A DNA stretch of 64,000 nt, from the NCBI GenBank assembly GCA_000092065.1, contig CP000594.1; one strand, 5' to 3'. The notes under the pieces were generated by a model. The model saw only the letters and a list, made by a program, of their open reading frames with translations, was not told where the DNA came from and did no database searches. Positions 49,550 through 60,026 of this stretch are shown here, piece by piece. The stretch is from Ostreococcus lucimarinus. Lineage: Eukaryota. Position numbers and translations under genes: made by a program. How positions within the stretch are numbered: position 1 is the first letter of the stretch; each line of letters opens with the position of its first letter.

Positions 49550-51928
49550 ATGCGGGGCGCGCCCCCGCCCCTGTACCCGTGGCAGGCCGAAGCGATAAAC
49601 CTCGTCGCCGCGTCGCGTCGCTCGCTGTGCTACACGGCGCCCACGGGCGGCGGTAAAAGTCGCGTCGCCGATGAGTTGTTACGACTGTCCCTGACAAACT
49701 TTCCCGCGGCGAAAGCGCTCGTCGTGCTGCCGTACGTCGCGCTCGTGCGGGAAAAAGTGGCGTCGTTGGAGTCGTTGTTACGCCCGCTCGGGATCAAGGT
49801 GAGGGGCTACGCCGGGGTGGAGTGCGAGGGGGCGCCGTTGGGGAGCTCGAGAGAGCGCTGCGCGGTGACGACGATTGAAAAGGCGTCGTCGTGCGTCAAT
49901 AGACTGTTCGAAACGGGCGAGATATCGCTGCTCAGCGTCGTGGTGGTGGATGAGCTGCACATGGTCAGCGAAGACGAACGTGGGTGCGCGCTGGAGGGGA
50001 TGTTGGCGAAGATACGACACGGAGTGAAGTCGGGAAAGGTGTCGAGCGACGGCCCGCAAATCGTGTGCATGAGCGCGACGGTGGGAAAGTCATCGATGGA
50101 ACGCTTAGCGAGGTGGTTAGACGCGGAGATTTACGTCAGTCATCATCGGCCGGTGGAGTTGAAAGAGTACGTGGTGTGCGTGGGTGGGGTGTATGCGAAG
50201 GAGAATCGAGGTGAGGCGGGCTGGGAGCTGACGCGCGTGGCCGATTCGCCGTCGCGAGTGGAGTTGGAGATCGTCGCCGAACTGGTTGGTCAAGTGTTCG
50301 TCAACGCGCACAGCTCGTTGGTATTTTGCTCGAGCAAGAGTCAGTGTTCAGTTTATGCGACGAAATTGGCGAGCTTGCTTCCGGTGAATCCGAACACGGC
50401 GCACCTGCGAGAAGAGTGCGTGGCGAGACTCTACGAAGCTGCGGAGGGCGAGCCCGACCAAGCGCTAGTAGCGTGTGTTCGCTCCGGTCTCGCGTGGCAT
50501 CACGCCGGATTAACGACGGCAGAGAAGAGAGTAATCGAAGAGGGCTTTCGAGCTGGTGCGATTTTAGCGCTCACATGCACGACGACTCTTGCTGCGGGCG
50601 TCAACTTGCCCGCTCGCCGTTGCGTCATCCTTCGCGGCTTCATCGCCGGTTTACCGACGCCTTCGATGGCTCAGTACAAACAAATGGCTGGTCGAGCTGG
50701 AAGAAAAGGGCAAAGCGATTTCGGTGAATCTTTCCTAGTCACGACGAAACAAGAGGCCGTGGATTGGGCGCGAAATCTAGTACTCGGCGAGCTACCGGCT
50801 TTGGAGTCGCGTCTGTTTCCTCCTGCAATCAAGCGCCATGACATGCCCGTGACGCCAGAACAACGACGGTTTTATCTCGAATCCATCGCGTGTGGAGTAC
50901 TCAAGACAAAGGAAGACGCCGGTGAGCTGGCTTGTCGCACGTTTGCTTGGACATCTGGACGCGATAACGCGTCAATTCTCGCCCGTCAAAGCCGAGCGTT
51001 GAAGGAAATTTACGAAAAAGGGCTGGTTGTCGCGCGCTCCGGCGCGCATTGCGCTGAGTGGTGCTCTACTCCAGAGGGATTCGCGTTCTACAAGTGTACT
51101 TTACCGATAGCACACGCTAAGACGCTGCGGAAAGAGTTGTCTTTCGCGCTTACGAATGGATTGAATCTTTCGACGAAGACGCACTTGCTATTCTTTTGCG
51201 TGTCGAACGAAACCAACGTCTTCGCAGCAAACTTGAATTGGCACGCGTGGAGCGATTGGATGAGTCGATACGACAGTATTCATGAACTTGGGGAGAAACA
51301 TTTGAATGTCACCCGACAGTACGCAGAAAGAGCGCAGCATCGACAAGGGATATCAGACCAAGCCAAGGCGACTCGGTCGCGCCATGAGCGTCTCGCTGCG
51401 GCGTTGCTGTTGAGCGACGTGTTGGCGAGCGACGACACCACCGTCGACATTGCGCGCAAATGGTCAACGTTATCGAACAATCCCGTCAACCGTGGGATGA
51501 TTCAATCTCTTCAAAACAGCGCGGCGACGACGGCGGGCATGGCGAGCGTGCTGTGCGAACAGTGCGGCTGGCACGCGCTCGCAGGTCTTTTGCAAAACGT
51601 TAGCGAAGAGTTGCAAGCTGGCGCGCGACGAGAGCTATTACCGCTGATGCGTCTCGAAGGCATGACCGGCGCAAGAGCACGAGCTCTACATAACGCCGGA
51701 CTAACGACGCCTGCGAAAATCGCGGCACTTCAGAGCGATAAGTTTGACAAGCTGCAAGATGCTTGCCTGCGTTCGCTGACGCGATCGAGAAACGGCGGCT
51801 TGGATCAAGCCATGCGTACCACGGCGTGGAGAATCGCAAGCGCTCTCGTGCAATCGGCTCGTGAAGCGACAATCGAGGAGGCGAAACGGGCGTTGGAAGA
51901 CGATTCTAACGCTGAATGGTTAAATTAA
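49550..51928 (+). CDS. HELQ: Hel308/HELQ-like superfamily-2 DNA helicase
   Basis: Walker A (APTGGGKS), DEAH-like motif II (VVDELH), SAT, motif VI (QMAGRAGRKG). Ski2/Hel308-type C-terminal winged-helix/ratchet region. Confidence 0.7.
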   Translation: MRGAPPPLYPWQAEAINLVAASRRSLCYTAPTGGGKSRVADELLRLSLTNFPAAKALVVLPYVALVREKVASLESLLRPLGIKVRGYAGVECEGAPLGSSRERCAVTTIEKASSCVNRLFETGEISLLSVVVVDELHMVSEDERGCALEGMLAKIRHGVKSGKVSSDGPQIVCMSATVGKSSMERLARWLDAEIYVSHHRPVELKEYVVCVGGVYAKENRGEAGWELTRVADSPSRVELEIVAELVGQVFVNAHSSLVFCSSKSQCSVYATKLASLLPVNPNTAHLREECVARLYEAAEGEPDQALVACVRSGLAWHHAGLTTAEKRVIEEGFRAGAILALTCTTTLAAGVNLPARRCVILRGFIAGLPTPSMAQYKQMAGRAGRKGQSDFGESFLVTTKQEAVDWARNLVLGELPALESRLFPPAIKRHDMPVTPEQRRFYLESIACGVLKTKEDAGELACRTFAWTSGRDNASILARQSRALKEIYEKGLVVARSGAHCAEWCSTPEGFAFYKCTLPIAHAKTLRKELSFALTNGLNLSTKTHLLFFCVSNETNVFAANLNWHAWSDWMSRYDSIHELGEKHLNVTRQYAERAQHRQGISDQAKATRSRHERLAAALLLSDVLASDDTTVDIARKWSTLSNNPVNRGMIQSLQNSAATTAGMASVLCEQCGWHALAGLLQNVSEELQAGARRELLPLMRLEGMTGARARALHNAGLTTPAKIAALQSDKFDKLQDACLRSLTRSRNGGLDQAMRTTAWRIASALVQSAREATIEEAKRALEDDSNAEWLN

Positions 51929-51986
51929 AACCAGGCTAGTAGGCATAGGTAGAATTAGACGTAGAGAATAATAGGCAGCGGCGCGA

Positions 51987-52940
51987 TTACTGAAACGGCA
52001 AAGAGATGCCGAGCCCCTCGTTACCCGGAGCACGGTACTTCTTCTTGTTCGGAGTCGTCAATCTAAAGCTCTTGATCGTCTCGTCGAACCCACGGGCGAG
52101 CTCGTCCCAGTAAATCTCGGGGGCGCTCGAACTCAGCGTGTACAAGTACCCATCCCGCTCAACCGTCACGCCGTAACTGTGTCGAAACGTCGTCGCCTCC
52201 GGCTCGCGCAAATTCGGTGAGCCTTGCGATATGTACTCGTAGTAATAATACGGCACATCATCGATGACGTTGATGATCGCGTTATCCACCTCGGCCAGAC
52301 TCACGCGCTGTCCGCTCGCCACCCGTCCCGTGGCTTTATCCGCCAGAACCGCGTTCGCCACCTGCTTCGCCGTCCACTCCTTCACGGCTTTCGATTCAAG
52401 CGCTGGGGGCGTGTTGCTCACCGTCACCACCGTCGTCAACGGTCCTTTAAAACTCAACAACTCGTACACGATGCGTTGCCGAGCGTTCGGCGACATCGGC
52501 TCCGCGCTCGAGTACGTATCCCGCTCTCGGCTCACCGCCCAACTGATCGGCTTCCCGCTCTCCGCTTCCACCGCGTACGTGAACTCATACGCCAAACTCT
52601 CGCTCACCACGCGCTTCTTCTCGAGTTCGCGAACCTTCGACGCCGTCGGCGGCGCCGCCGCTTCGATCGCCGCCGCGCCGTCGATCGCCGCGTCGTCCTC
52701 CTCCGCGCGCGCGCCCGGCGCCGAAACGACGCTCGCGACGCTCGCGAGCGAGAGCACGTGCACGAACGCCCGGCGCGAGGGCGCGTTCGCGCGCGCGGTG
52801 TCGTCGCGCGCGTCGTCCCCGACGACGGCTCGACAGGATAGGCCGACGCTCTGGCGCCGCGCGACGGCGCGCGCGGGACGCCTGCGAGCGTCCAAGGACG
52901 CGAAAACGCGCGCGAGCGATGCGCGAGACATCGCAAGCAT
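51987..52940 (-). CDS. PsbP-domain protein (PPD-like thylakoid lumen protein) with a Tat-type targeting sequence
   Basis: RR motif followed by a hydrophobic stretch (SRRAFVHVLSLASVASV) then a PsbP-like α/β domain (YEFTYAVE...WAVSRERD...VTVS...YYYEYIS...YLYTLSSSAPE). Confidence 0.5.
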   Translation of the reverse strand: MLAMSRASLARVFASLDARRRPARAVARRQSVGLSCRAVVGDDARDDTARANAPSRRAFVHVLSLASVASVVSAPGARAEEDDAAIDGAAAIEAAAPPTASKVRELEKKRVVSESLAYEFTYAVEAESGKPISWAVSRERDTYSSAEPMSPNARQRIVYELLSFKGPLTTVVTVSNTPPALESKAVKEWTAKQVANAVLADKATGRVASGQRVSLAEVDNAIINVIDDVPYYYYEYISQGSPNLREPEATTFRHSYGVTVERDGYLYTLSSSAPEIYWDELARGFDETIKSFRLTTPNKKKYRAPGNEGLGISLPFQ

Positions 52941-53044
52941 GTGTGCGGGCGAGGCGGGGGGCGTCGGGAAGTGCGGCGGTTTCGCGGCGGCGACGGCGCG
53001 GCGACGAATTCGCGCTGTGCTTTCGCGCTGCTAATCATAACGTT

Positions 53045-55228
53045 CTAGTTAACTAAGTCGACGTCCACGATCACGGGGATGTGGTCTGATGGAAATTGCG
53101 CGTTTGGTAACGCGGTGTGCGCGAGGACGGCGGACATGTCGGGGAGCGGCGATGTGGCGCGCGACGCGAAATCGCTCGTCGAACACCACACGTAGTCCAA
53201 CGCGCCGACGAATCCGCCGACGTAATTCGTCCATTCGAGGAATCCACCGGCAGAGAACAGTGGTCGCGCGGTTCGCAAGTGTGCGCCACAGCCGATCGGG
53301 ACCGCGCTGGCGTCGGGGACGACGGATGAAGCGAGCGCGGCTTGCTTCGCCGAGACGGCGGCGAAGCCGTCATCCTGCGCTCGCTTAATATCACTAAACG
53401 CGCGACGAGCAATCACGTGGTCGTCGGCATCCATCGTTAACCCAGGCGCGAGTCCACTCTCGCGTCGAAGTGTGAATGCAGCGACGGCGTGACAGTTTTT
53501 CAACGTGCATCCGCATTTGACGTGCTTCTTCACGGCTGCGATTGCGTTTGCGTCGTCGCTCGATTTTTCGTCGCATTTACACGACGCGCCCCACTCTTTA
53601 TCCAGCGTACGAGCGCAAAGAGACATGAAAATACCTCGTTCTGCGAGCGCTCGTAACTCAAAGGTATTGGTGACTTCATCAAAGTTGCGATTGAATGTCT
53701 CGTATCCTGTACCATCGTCACAAATATAGAAGAGATCTCGAGCGGCGTCTCGCGATGACGTCCCGCCCCACCGAAATAGACTACCACGAACCCAATCCTC
53801 GTCACTCGCGGAAATCTCGCCTTTGGTGAGATATCTGATGACGCCATCTTCAGGCTCACCGTTAAAATCGCCGCACAATACGAGTGGATCGCCGGCGGCG
53901 AACGCCGTTGCCCGAGTCGTAAATTCGTGAGCTTGCAAGACTCGTAAGTGCATCGCCCCTGGGTGAAAAAATAAGTGAGTGTTACCGACGCACAACGACT
54001 TGCCGCTCGCGCGTACTTTCACGCGCGCGAGCTGCGCAATGGACGTGATCTTTTTGAGAGCCATAGCCAACTCTGCGTTATCGTCATCCGCGATCCAGCG
54101 CCGCAAAGCTTTGTCTCCGATTTCCGTGAGTTTGATCGCTTCTTCGCGCTCGATGCTTTCAAACTTGCTCAATGCGAAGAACATCGCGCATCCTTCCAAC
54201 GTCTGACCGCTCTTACCGACCCAATCTGTCGCGATATATCCGTTTGCAGTGAGTACGGGCACGAACAACGTTTCGTGGTACTTCTTGTCCACTTCTTGTA
54301 GCGCCACGACGTCGGCTTTTGATCGTAAGATATCTTCCAATACTAGCTGCAAGCGTCGTTCCACTTTAGCCAACGCCGTGTCAAAGTAAGGAAACATCGT
54401 TCCCCAAGTGTGCGCGTACGCATCGGCCAACACGTTGTACGTCATGATACGATAATCCGCCGACGTCTCGGCGCTCGGCTCCAACCGTCGCAACGCCTCC
54501 GACCGATCAACGCCCAGCCGCGTCACAACGTTCGTAAACTCAAACCTCTCGTCCAAAGCCTCAACCGCTAATCTTTTACCGAAATCCTCTTTTGTGGGCG
54601 TGTACACGCGCCCTTGGCCGACGATCTCGCCGTCCGCGTACCATCGCCAGTCGACTTCGTCGTGCTGGCAAAATTCCAATCCGTGCGCGGTCGCTGGAAG
54701 CGGATATCCCACCATGGCGTAGTCCACGCTCGAGCACCCCGCCATCTCCGGCGCATCTAATCGTACGAGATACGATATCCGCGTCTCGCAGTCATCGATC
54801 GTGAGGACGCTTCCCTCGGACCACGCTTCGGCGTGCGTAGCGCTCCCAGCCACCGGCGCCCCGTCGCGCTCGAGCGTCACCGTCGTGGTTCCAGAAGCCG
54901 TCTTTCCCCGCGCCAGCGTTTTCAATAAGCGCTGAAAACTCTTTTCTATCGGTTCCGCCGCGTCGCGATGCAGCGTCTTCGATGTGCCGTCGCGCATCGG
55001 CACTTTTATCGTCACGCGCTGCTTTTCGACAAATCTTTTGACGTCGACGTAAAGTTCGTCGCAGGGCGCGTCGGACATCGCGGACGAAGGCTTCGAACGC
55101 GCCGCGACGCGCGTTTGACGATGGCGCGAATCGGGGCGAGGGAGACGGGCGGTGACGAGGGATGCGCCTCGCGGCATTGACGAGCGCGCGAGTGCGGCGG
55201 CGGCTGGACTGGAGCGCCGTCTATTCAT
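53045..55228 (-). CDS. Endonuclease/exonuclease/phosphatase-family nuclease of the CCR4/nocturnin/PDE12 (2',5'-phosphodiesterase 12) type, with a large insertion in the catalytic domain
   Basis: EEP motifs: IMTYNVLAD, VVALQEVD, GNTHLFFHP, LVLCGDFNGEPEDG, and the terminal ...YVWCS...FPSDHIPV. They are split by a ~200-aa insert between the DFN and SDH blocks. There is an N-terminal PDE12-like accessory domain and an Arg/Ser-rich presequence. The start is uncertain among 55249, 55228, 55177 and 55078. Confidence 0.7.
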   Translation of the reverse strand: MNRRRSSPAAAALARSSMPRGASLVTARLPRPDSRHRQTRVAARSKPSSAMSDAPCDELYVDVKRFVEKQRVTIKVPMRDGTSKTLHRDAAEPIEKSFQRLLKTLARGKTASGTTTVTLERDGAPVAGSATHAEAWSEGSVLTIDDCETRISYLVRLDAPEMAGCSSVDYAMVGYPLPATAHGLEFCQHDEVDWRWYADGEIVGQGRVYTPTKEDFGKRLAVEALDERFEFTNVVTRLGVDRSEALRRLEPSAETSADYRIMTYNVLADAYAHTWGTMFPYFDTALAKVERRLQLVLEDILRSKADVVALQEVDKKYHETLFVPVLTANGYIATDWVGKSGQTLEGCAMFFALSKFESIEREEAIKLTEIGDKALRRWIADDDNAELAMALKKITSIAQLARVKVRASGKSLCVGNTHLFFHPGAMHLRVLQAHEFTTRATAFAAGDPLVLCGDFNGEPEDGVIRYLTKGEISASDEDWVRGSLFRWGGTSSRDAARDLFYICDDGTGYETFNRNFDEVTNTFELRALAERGIFMSLCARTLDKEWGASCKCDEKSSDDANAIAAVKKHVKCGCTLKNCHAVAAFTLRRESGLAPGLTMDADDHVIARRAFSDIKRAQDDGFAAVSAKQAALASSVVPDASAVPIGCGAHLRTARPLFSAGGFLEWTNYVGGFVGALDYVWCSTSDFASRATSPLPDMSAVLAHTALPNAQFPSDHIPVIVDVDLVN

Positions 55229-55258
55229 AATAAAAATAATCTCTATCACGTTTGCCCG

Positions 55259-56968
55259 TCAGAGCGAGTACACCGCGGCGGTGGCGGGATCCGGTAATAA
55301 GTCATCGTTGTTCCACATCGCGTCGTCGAGCTCTTCGTCGGATAAGTTGGCGTCGCCGGGACGCTTCATGCGAACCGACGTGCGCGCGCTCAGATTTTGA
55401 TGCACGGGTCGCAAGGTGAGGTAGAGGAGGGTCGCGATGTATACGCCGAGCATGCTGAAGATGATGAGACCTAAGAACACACCCGCGAAAGAGCCCCACA
55501 CGAGCTTAGACTCGACGATGGCCGTGGAGATCAAAATCACGTTGGCGCCGATGATTCCGCCGGAGAGCCAGATGGTGTAACGCAACCGCTTCGCCGACAC
55601 CGCCATGGGACCCATGATTCGCTCGCTCGCGGTGAACTTGATGAGGGGAATCAGCGCATACGGGAGCTGTATCGCTAAAATTGTTGATGATATCACGATC
55701 AAGGACTCGGAGTACTTATCGCCAGCGGCCAAAACGACGATTAAAGACGGCACGATGGCGCACATGCGCGTCACAAACGCTCGAAGCACCGGGTTGACAC
55801 GAAGCTCCAAGAACCCATCCATGACGAACTGACCGGCATACGTTCCAGTAATAGTGGAACTTTGCCCCGACGCGAGCAGCGCGGCGGCGAAGAAACCTTT
55901 CGCCGCCGTGCCGAGCACCTCCTTCAACATTTGCGGCGCGTACTGCAACGGACGCTCGCGCACCTGGCGCATTTCCTCCGGATCGGTCAAGTGCGCGTAA
56001 TTCGACGCCGCGACGATGACGACGGCGAAGTTGATGAACAACGACACCGAGAGCGCCATCCCAGACTCGACGATATTGTACTTGTACGCCATCCTCAGAC
56101 TCTTTTCGCCTAAACTAAACCCGCGGCTCAACACCAGAGCGCTGTGCAAGAATAAATTATGCGGCATCACCACGGCGCCGACGAGAGATACGGCGATATA
56201 CAGCGCCTTGCTTCCCGGCAATCGAGGCAACACAATCCCCGCCACCACAGAGGACGCTTTCGCGTCCACAAACGTGACTTCAGCCAAGAAACACAACGAC
56301 ATCACGCCGACGAGCGCCGCCATGAACGCCTCCAACTTTCGCACCCCGAACGACTGCAACCCCAAAAACACCATCGTCGACATCGACGTCAGCACCACTC
56401 CCACCCACGTGGGAATTCCAAATATCAATTTCAGCGCCAACGCCGTGCCGATGACCTCCGGAACATCGCTCGCGATGATCGCCAGTTCCGTCATCGCCCA
56501 CAGCGCGTACCGCGTCGGGTCCGGATACTCCTCCCGCATGCACCGCGCCAGGTCCCACCCCGTCGCCAGCGCCAGCCGTATCGTCAGACCTTGTATGTAC
56601 CACCCCCCCAGCGTCGCCCAGAGCAACACCCAGAGCAATTTATACCCGAACAGCGTTCCCGCCTGCAAGTCGCTCTCAAAGTTCCCCGGATCCACGTACG
56701 CGATGCACATCAAAAATCCCGGTCCCATGAACCGCCACAGCGTCTTCAGGTTGAACCGATGATCGTCGTCGTCCAGGCCCTCGATCTCGACCCCCGCCGC
56801 GGCGCGCCGCGCCCCGTCCTCGCCTTTCGCGCGCGCGCCGTCGCCGCGCGCGTGCCATCGCGTCCCCGTCCCCGCCGTCGTCGTCCCGCCGTCGTCGTCG
56901 CCCTCGTGCGACCGCGCGGCGCGCGCGGCGCCGTCGAGCACCGGCGCGTCGTCGCGGTCGTCCTCCAT
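55259..56968 (-). CDS. NRAMP: NRAMP-family divalent metal (Mn2+/Fe2+) transporter
   Basis: NRAMP consensus transport motifs (GPGFLMCIAYVDPGNFESDLQAG, MSESGAAST-like TM6 region) and an 11-12 TM architecture. 569 aa. Confidence 0.85.
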   Translation of the reverse strand: MEDDRDDAPVLDGAARAARSHEGDDDGGTTTAGTGTRWHARGDGARAKGEDGARRAAAGVEIEGLDDDDHRFNLKTLWRFMGPGFLMCIAYVDPGNFESDLQAGTLFGYKLLWVLLWATLGGWYIQGLTIRLALATGWDLARCMREEYPDPTRYALWAMTELAIIASDVPEVIGTALALKLIFGIPTWVGVVLTSMSTMVFLGLQSFGVRKLEAFMAALVGVMSLCFLAEVTFVDAKASSVVAGIVLPRLPGSKALYIAVSLVGAVVMPHNLFLHSALVLSRGFSLGEKSLRMAYKYNIVESGMALSVSLFINFAVVIVAASNYAHLTDPEEMRQVRERPLQYAPQMLKEVLGTAAKGFFAAALLASGQSSTITGTYAGQFVMDGFLELRVNPVLRAFVTRMCAIVPSLIVVLAAGDKYSESLIVISSTILAIQLPYALIPLIKFTASERIMGPMAVSAKRLRYTIWLSGGIIGANVILISTAIVESKLVWGSFAGVFLGLIIFSMLGVYIATLLYLTLRPVHQNLSARTSVRMKRPGDANLSDEELDDAMWNNDDLLPDPATAAVYSL

Positions 56969-57634
56969 CGCGCGCGCGCGTCGGCGCGCCGTCGCGGTGT
57001 CGCGCCGCGGTGTCGCGCCCGCGGTCTCGTCCCGAGCCTACAACACGGACGACTCGCACACCTCGACGCGCGCGACGCCGCCGCGCGACGCCGCACACGC
57101 GCGCGCGCCGCGCGCGGACCTCGCGCGCGACGTTCCTCGCGCGCGCGGCGTCCCGAAGCGCGCGCGCGATCGCGCGACGCGACGCGACGGCGACCGAACG
57201 CGATCGGTTCGCGCTTTGAATCGTCGCGACGACGACGATGTCGACGTCGCCGACGCGACGATCCTCGCGACGAGGCGCGCCGACGCCCGACGGCGAGACG
57301 ATGGACGATGGAGGCGGAATCGCGCGCGACGCGCGCGCGGCGGCGTCGCGGGCGAACGTGAAGGTGCGATTCGATTTCGGAAACCTTTTGAGAATTTGAA
57401 TTTCGGACGGCGACCGACGCCGAGCGGAGGCGCGCGCGGATCGAGGATCGAGCGAGGCGCGCGATCGGCGCGCGGCGGAGACGGCGGTGGACGACGGGCG
57501 CGAAAGCGCGGGCGCGATGGGGCGGCGCGCGGGAGGGATCGGACGGGCGGGGAAGACTGACGGCGACGCGCGCTCGAAATCGACAGGTCGAGACGGAGGA
57601 GGGGAAGGAGGACGCGCTGGGACGAGGACGGCGG

Positions 57635-59908
57635 GTGCGAACGGCGAAGCTCGAGACGGGGGACGATGGAAGGAACGGGAGCTCGACGCGCGCGGGGTCG
57701 TCGACGCCGAAACGGGGGAGTTCGGTGGAGAACGAGCCGGCGTCGAAGAGCGACGGGACGACGACGGTTTCGGCGTTGAGCGTGCTCGGCGTGCAGGCGC
57801 CGCGAGTCGTGGGTAAGCGAACGCCCAGGAAGCCGTCGAGCGCGTACGTTAACTTTGAAAATGCGGCGGAGGTTCTAGTTTCGCTGTCGCCGCAGATCAA
57901 CCGCGAAGCGGTTCGCGCGGCGCAGCAAAATAGCCCGAGTAGGAGCTACGCGACGAAGAGTCAAATCGCGGACTTGGCGTTGGGTAACGTGACGACGCCC
58001 AGACGAAAGCGCGCGCGGGCGTTGTTCCCGGATGAAGTGTTCACGACGAGCACGGCGAACGGTTCATCGCCCGCTAGAAGGAAGAAGCCGATGTCGGCGG
58101 CGGATGAAGACACGCTCTACGGCGCTCTAGACGGATTGATGACGCTCGCAGAGAACGTCGCGGCTCCATCGCCGCAACAGACGGATAGCATGAAGAAGAA
58201 ACGTAAGCAAGGTAGTGGACGACCGCGCGGCTCGTACGGGTCACCTTCACGCCACCTGCCGCCGTTACCGAAGTATGCGCTCAAGCCGACGCCGATGCCG
58301 GTCGGGAAGAAGATGTTGAAGATAAACAGGCCTCGGCGCCACGTTTCGCGCGAGATCGAATCTGTTGGTCTCGGCGCGGCGTCCTCACTCTTTCACGATC
58401 ATCGTCTGAGCGAAACGGCTGAGGCGACGACGACGACGCAAGGAGACAACCGGGCGCGTTTGCTCATCGGTGCGCACGATCCGTTGACGAGACGCTGGGC
58501 AAACGCCAACTTCTTCACCGCTGGTACGGACAAGGGCTGGTTTGAAGACAGTGGCTTCTCACGATGGTTGCAGCACATTGGTAAAGGCGATATGCGCGTC
58601 GCTACGCGCGAAGAATGGCAAAAAGTCCGTCGAAAATTACCAAAGACGAGACGCCTTTCGCTCAAATTTTTGAAGGACGAGCGTGTGGACTTGGAGTATT
58701 TCCGACACGCCGCGCGCGAGATGACAAACTTGAAATTGCACGGTACGGTTCTAACGGATGAGCTTAAGGCCTTAATGCTCAAGTGGACGGGTGGCGTTCC
58801 GGTCCCGTCGCCGCTCGAAGTCGGGCAAACGGTGTTGGCGGTGCATCCCCGATTCCATTCGCCGTACATAGGAAACATATTGATTGTCGAGCGCGCCACC
58901 TGTCGCGTACAATTTGCACGTCCAGAACTCGGTGTCGAGCTCGTCCGAGACATCGATATCATGCCAGTAGACGCCAACCAAGAAGAGATGGATCTGATTG
59001 CTGCGGGGACCGCGGAACAAATCGAAAACGAAGCCTTCAACGCTGGTTTCCGAGGAATTTACGATCCGCTGCCGGTGGTCGGTGGCGGTGGCCACGCCTA
59101 CGGCGCCGGCGTCGCAGTTGCCGCACAAATGCGTGAGATGGACGTCCGTTTGCTCAACGAAGCTCAACAAGCTCTCGAGCGCAAGCGCGAGCTCGTCGAT
59201 GCGTTGCGGATGAAGAATGACGCCGCGGAGGAGTTCAAAAAGAAACCAGAACGCGTCAAGCAAGCGGCGGAGACGAACGGCGAAGCGCTTAAATTCCAAC
59301 GAGAATACGCCGCCATCGTTCTCGCCTTGCGCGGCGCCAACGCGGAGTTGGAGGGTGCTTTAGTTCGCTTGCGGCAGCAACAGGGATATCACGACAAACC
59401 CCTCGGGTTGTGGCGGAAAATCAAGAGTCAGAATTTGGGCGACGGTCATCGCGCTCTCTCTCGATTCGCCCCACCATCCGCGACGCCGAGCTCGGACGAA
59501 CTCTACGCTTCGACGGCGGAAGACATCGTCGCCACCGCCGGCATGGGCGCTCGTCGCATCGTTTACCACGTGCAAACCACCACCAACGCCGGCGCCGAGA
59601 GCACGGCGACGCTCAATCCGAGTCTCCAGGAACCTCTCGGAACCGGCGCCACTAAGTCCGATCTCCCTCCCACCGCCGCCGACGTCGACGCCGAAAAGCT
59701 CAAAGTCACCCAGCTCGTCACCGCCATCGTCCAGGCCGCGCTCACCATCAAAGCCTGCGCCGACCGCGGCGCCAGCGCGAGCGTCCTCGACGCCTGCCTC
59801 CGCCGCGTTTCCGATTCCCTTCGCCCCGTCGCCGTGAGCAATCGCGCCGCTTTCGACGCCGTCGAGCGCGCTCTCAAAGACCTTCGCGACGTCTTTCTCA
59901 TCCGTTGA
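57635..59908 (+). CDS. LIN9: LIN-9/ALY (ALWAYS EARLY) DIRP-domain protein, the DREAM/MuvB complex subunit
   Basis: DIRP domain (WANANFFTAGTDKGWFEDSGFSRWLQHIG...TREEWQKVRRKLPKTRRLSLKFLKDERVDLEYFRHAAREM) and a coiled-coil C-terminal region, as in LIN9/ALY proteins. Confidence 0.75.
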   Translation: MRTAKLETGDDGRNGSSTRAGSSTPKRGSSVENEPASKSDGTTTVSALSVLGVQAPRVVGKRTPRKPSSAYVNFENAAEVLVSLSPQINREAVRAAQQNSPSRSYATKSQIADLALGNVTTPRRKRARALFPDEVFTTSTANGSSPARRKKPMSAADEDTLYGALDGLMTLAENVAAPSPQQTDSMKKKRKQGSGRPRGSYGSPSRHLPPLPKYALKPTPMPVGKKMLKINRPRRHVSREIESVGLGAASSLFHDHRLSETAEATTTTQGDNRARLLIGAHDPLTRRWANANFFTAGTDKGWFEDSGFSRWLQHIGKGDMRVATREEWQKVRRKLPKTRRLSLKFLKDERVDLEYFRHAAREMTNLKLHGTVLTDELKALMLKWTGGVPVPSPLEVGQTVLAVHPRFHSPYIGNILIVERATCRVQFARPELGVELVRDIDIMPVDANQEEMDLIAAGTAEQIENEAFNAGFRGIYDPLPVVGGGGHAYGAGVAVAAQMREMDVRLLNEAQQALERKRELVDALRMKNDAAEEFKKKPERVKQAAETNGEALKFQREYAAIVLALRGANAELEGALVRLRQQQGYHDKPLGLWRKIKSQNLGDGHRALSRFAPPSATPSSDELYASTAEDIVATAGMGARRIVYHVQTTTNAGAESTATLNPSLQEPLGTGATKSDLPPTAADVDAEKLKVTQLVTAIVQAALTIKACADRGASASVLDACLRRVSDSLRPVAVSNRAAFDAVERALKDLRDVFLIR

Positions 59909-60026
59909 CGCTTTTAACCACCACCCGCATCCCTGCGTCCCAATCCGCGCGCGCACCGTCAAAACGCGCCGCGCGCGCCGTCGCCGCGTCCGAGTCCCGC
60001 GAGAGCTAAAAGCGCGCGACGCCATC

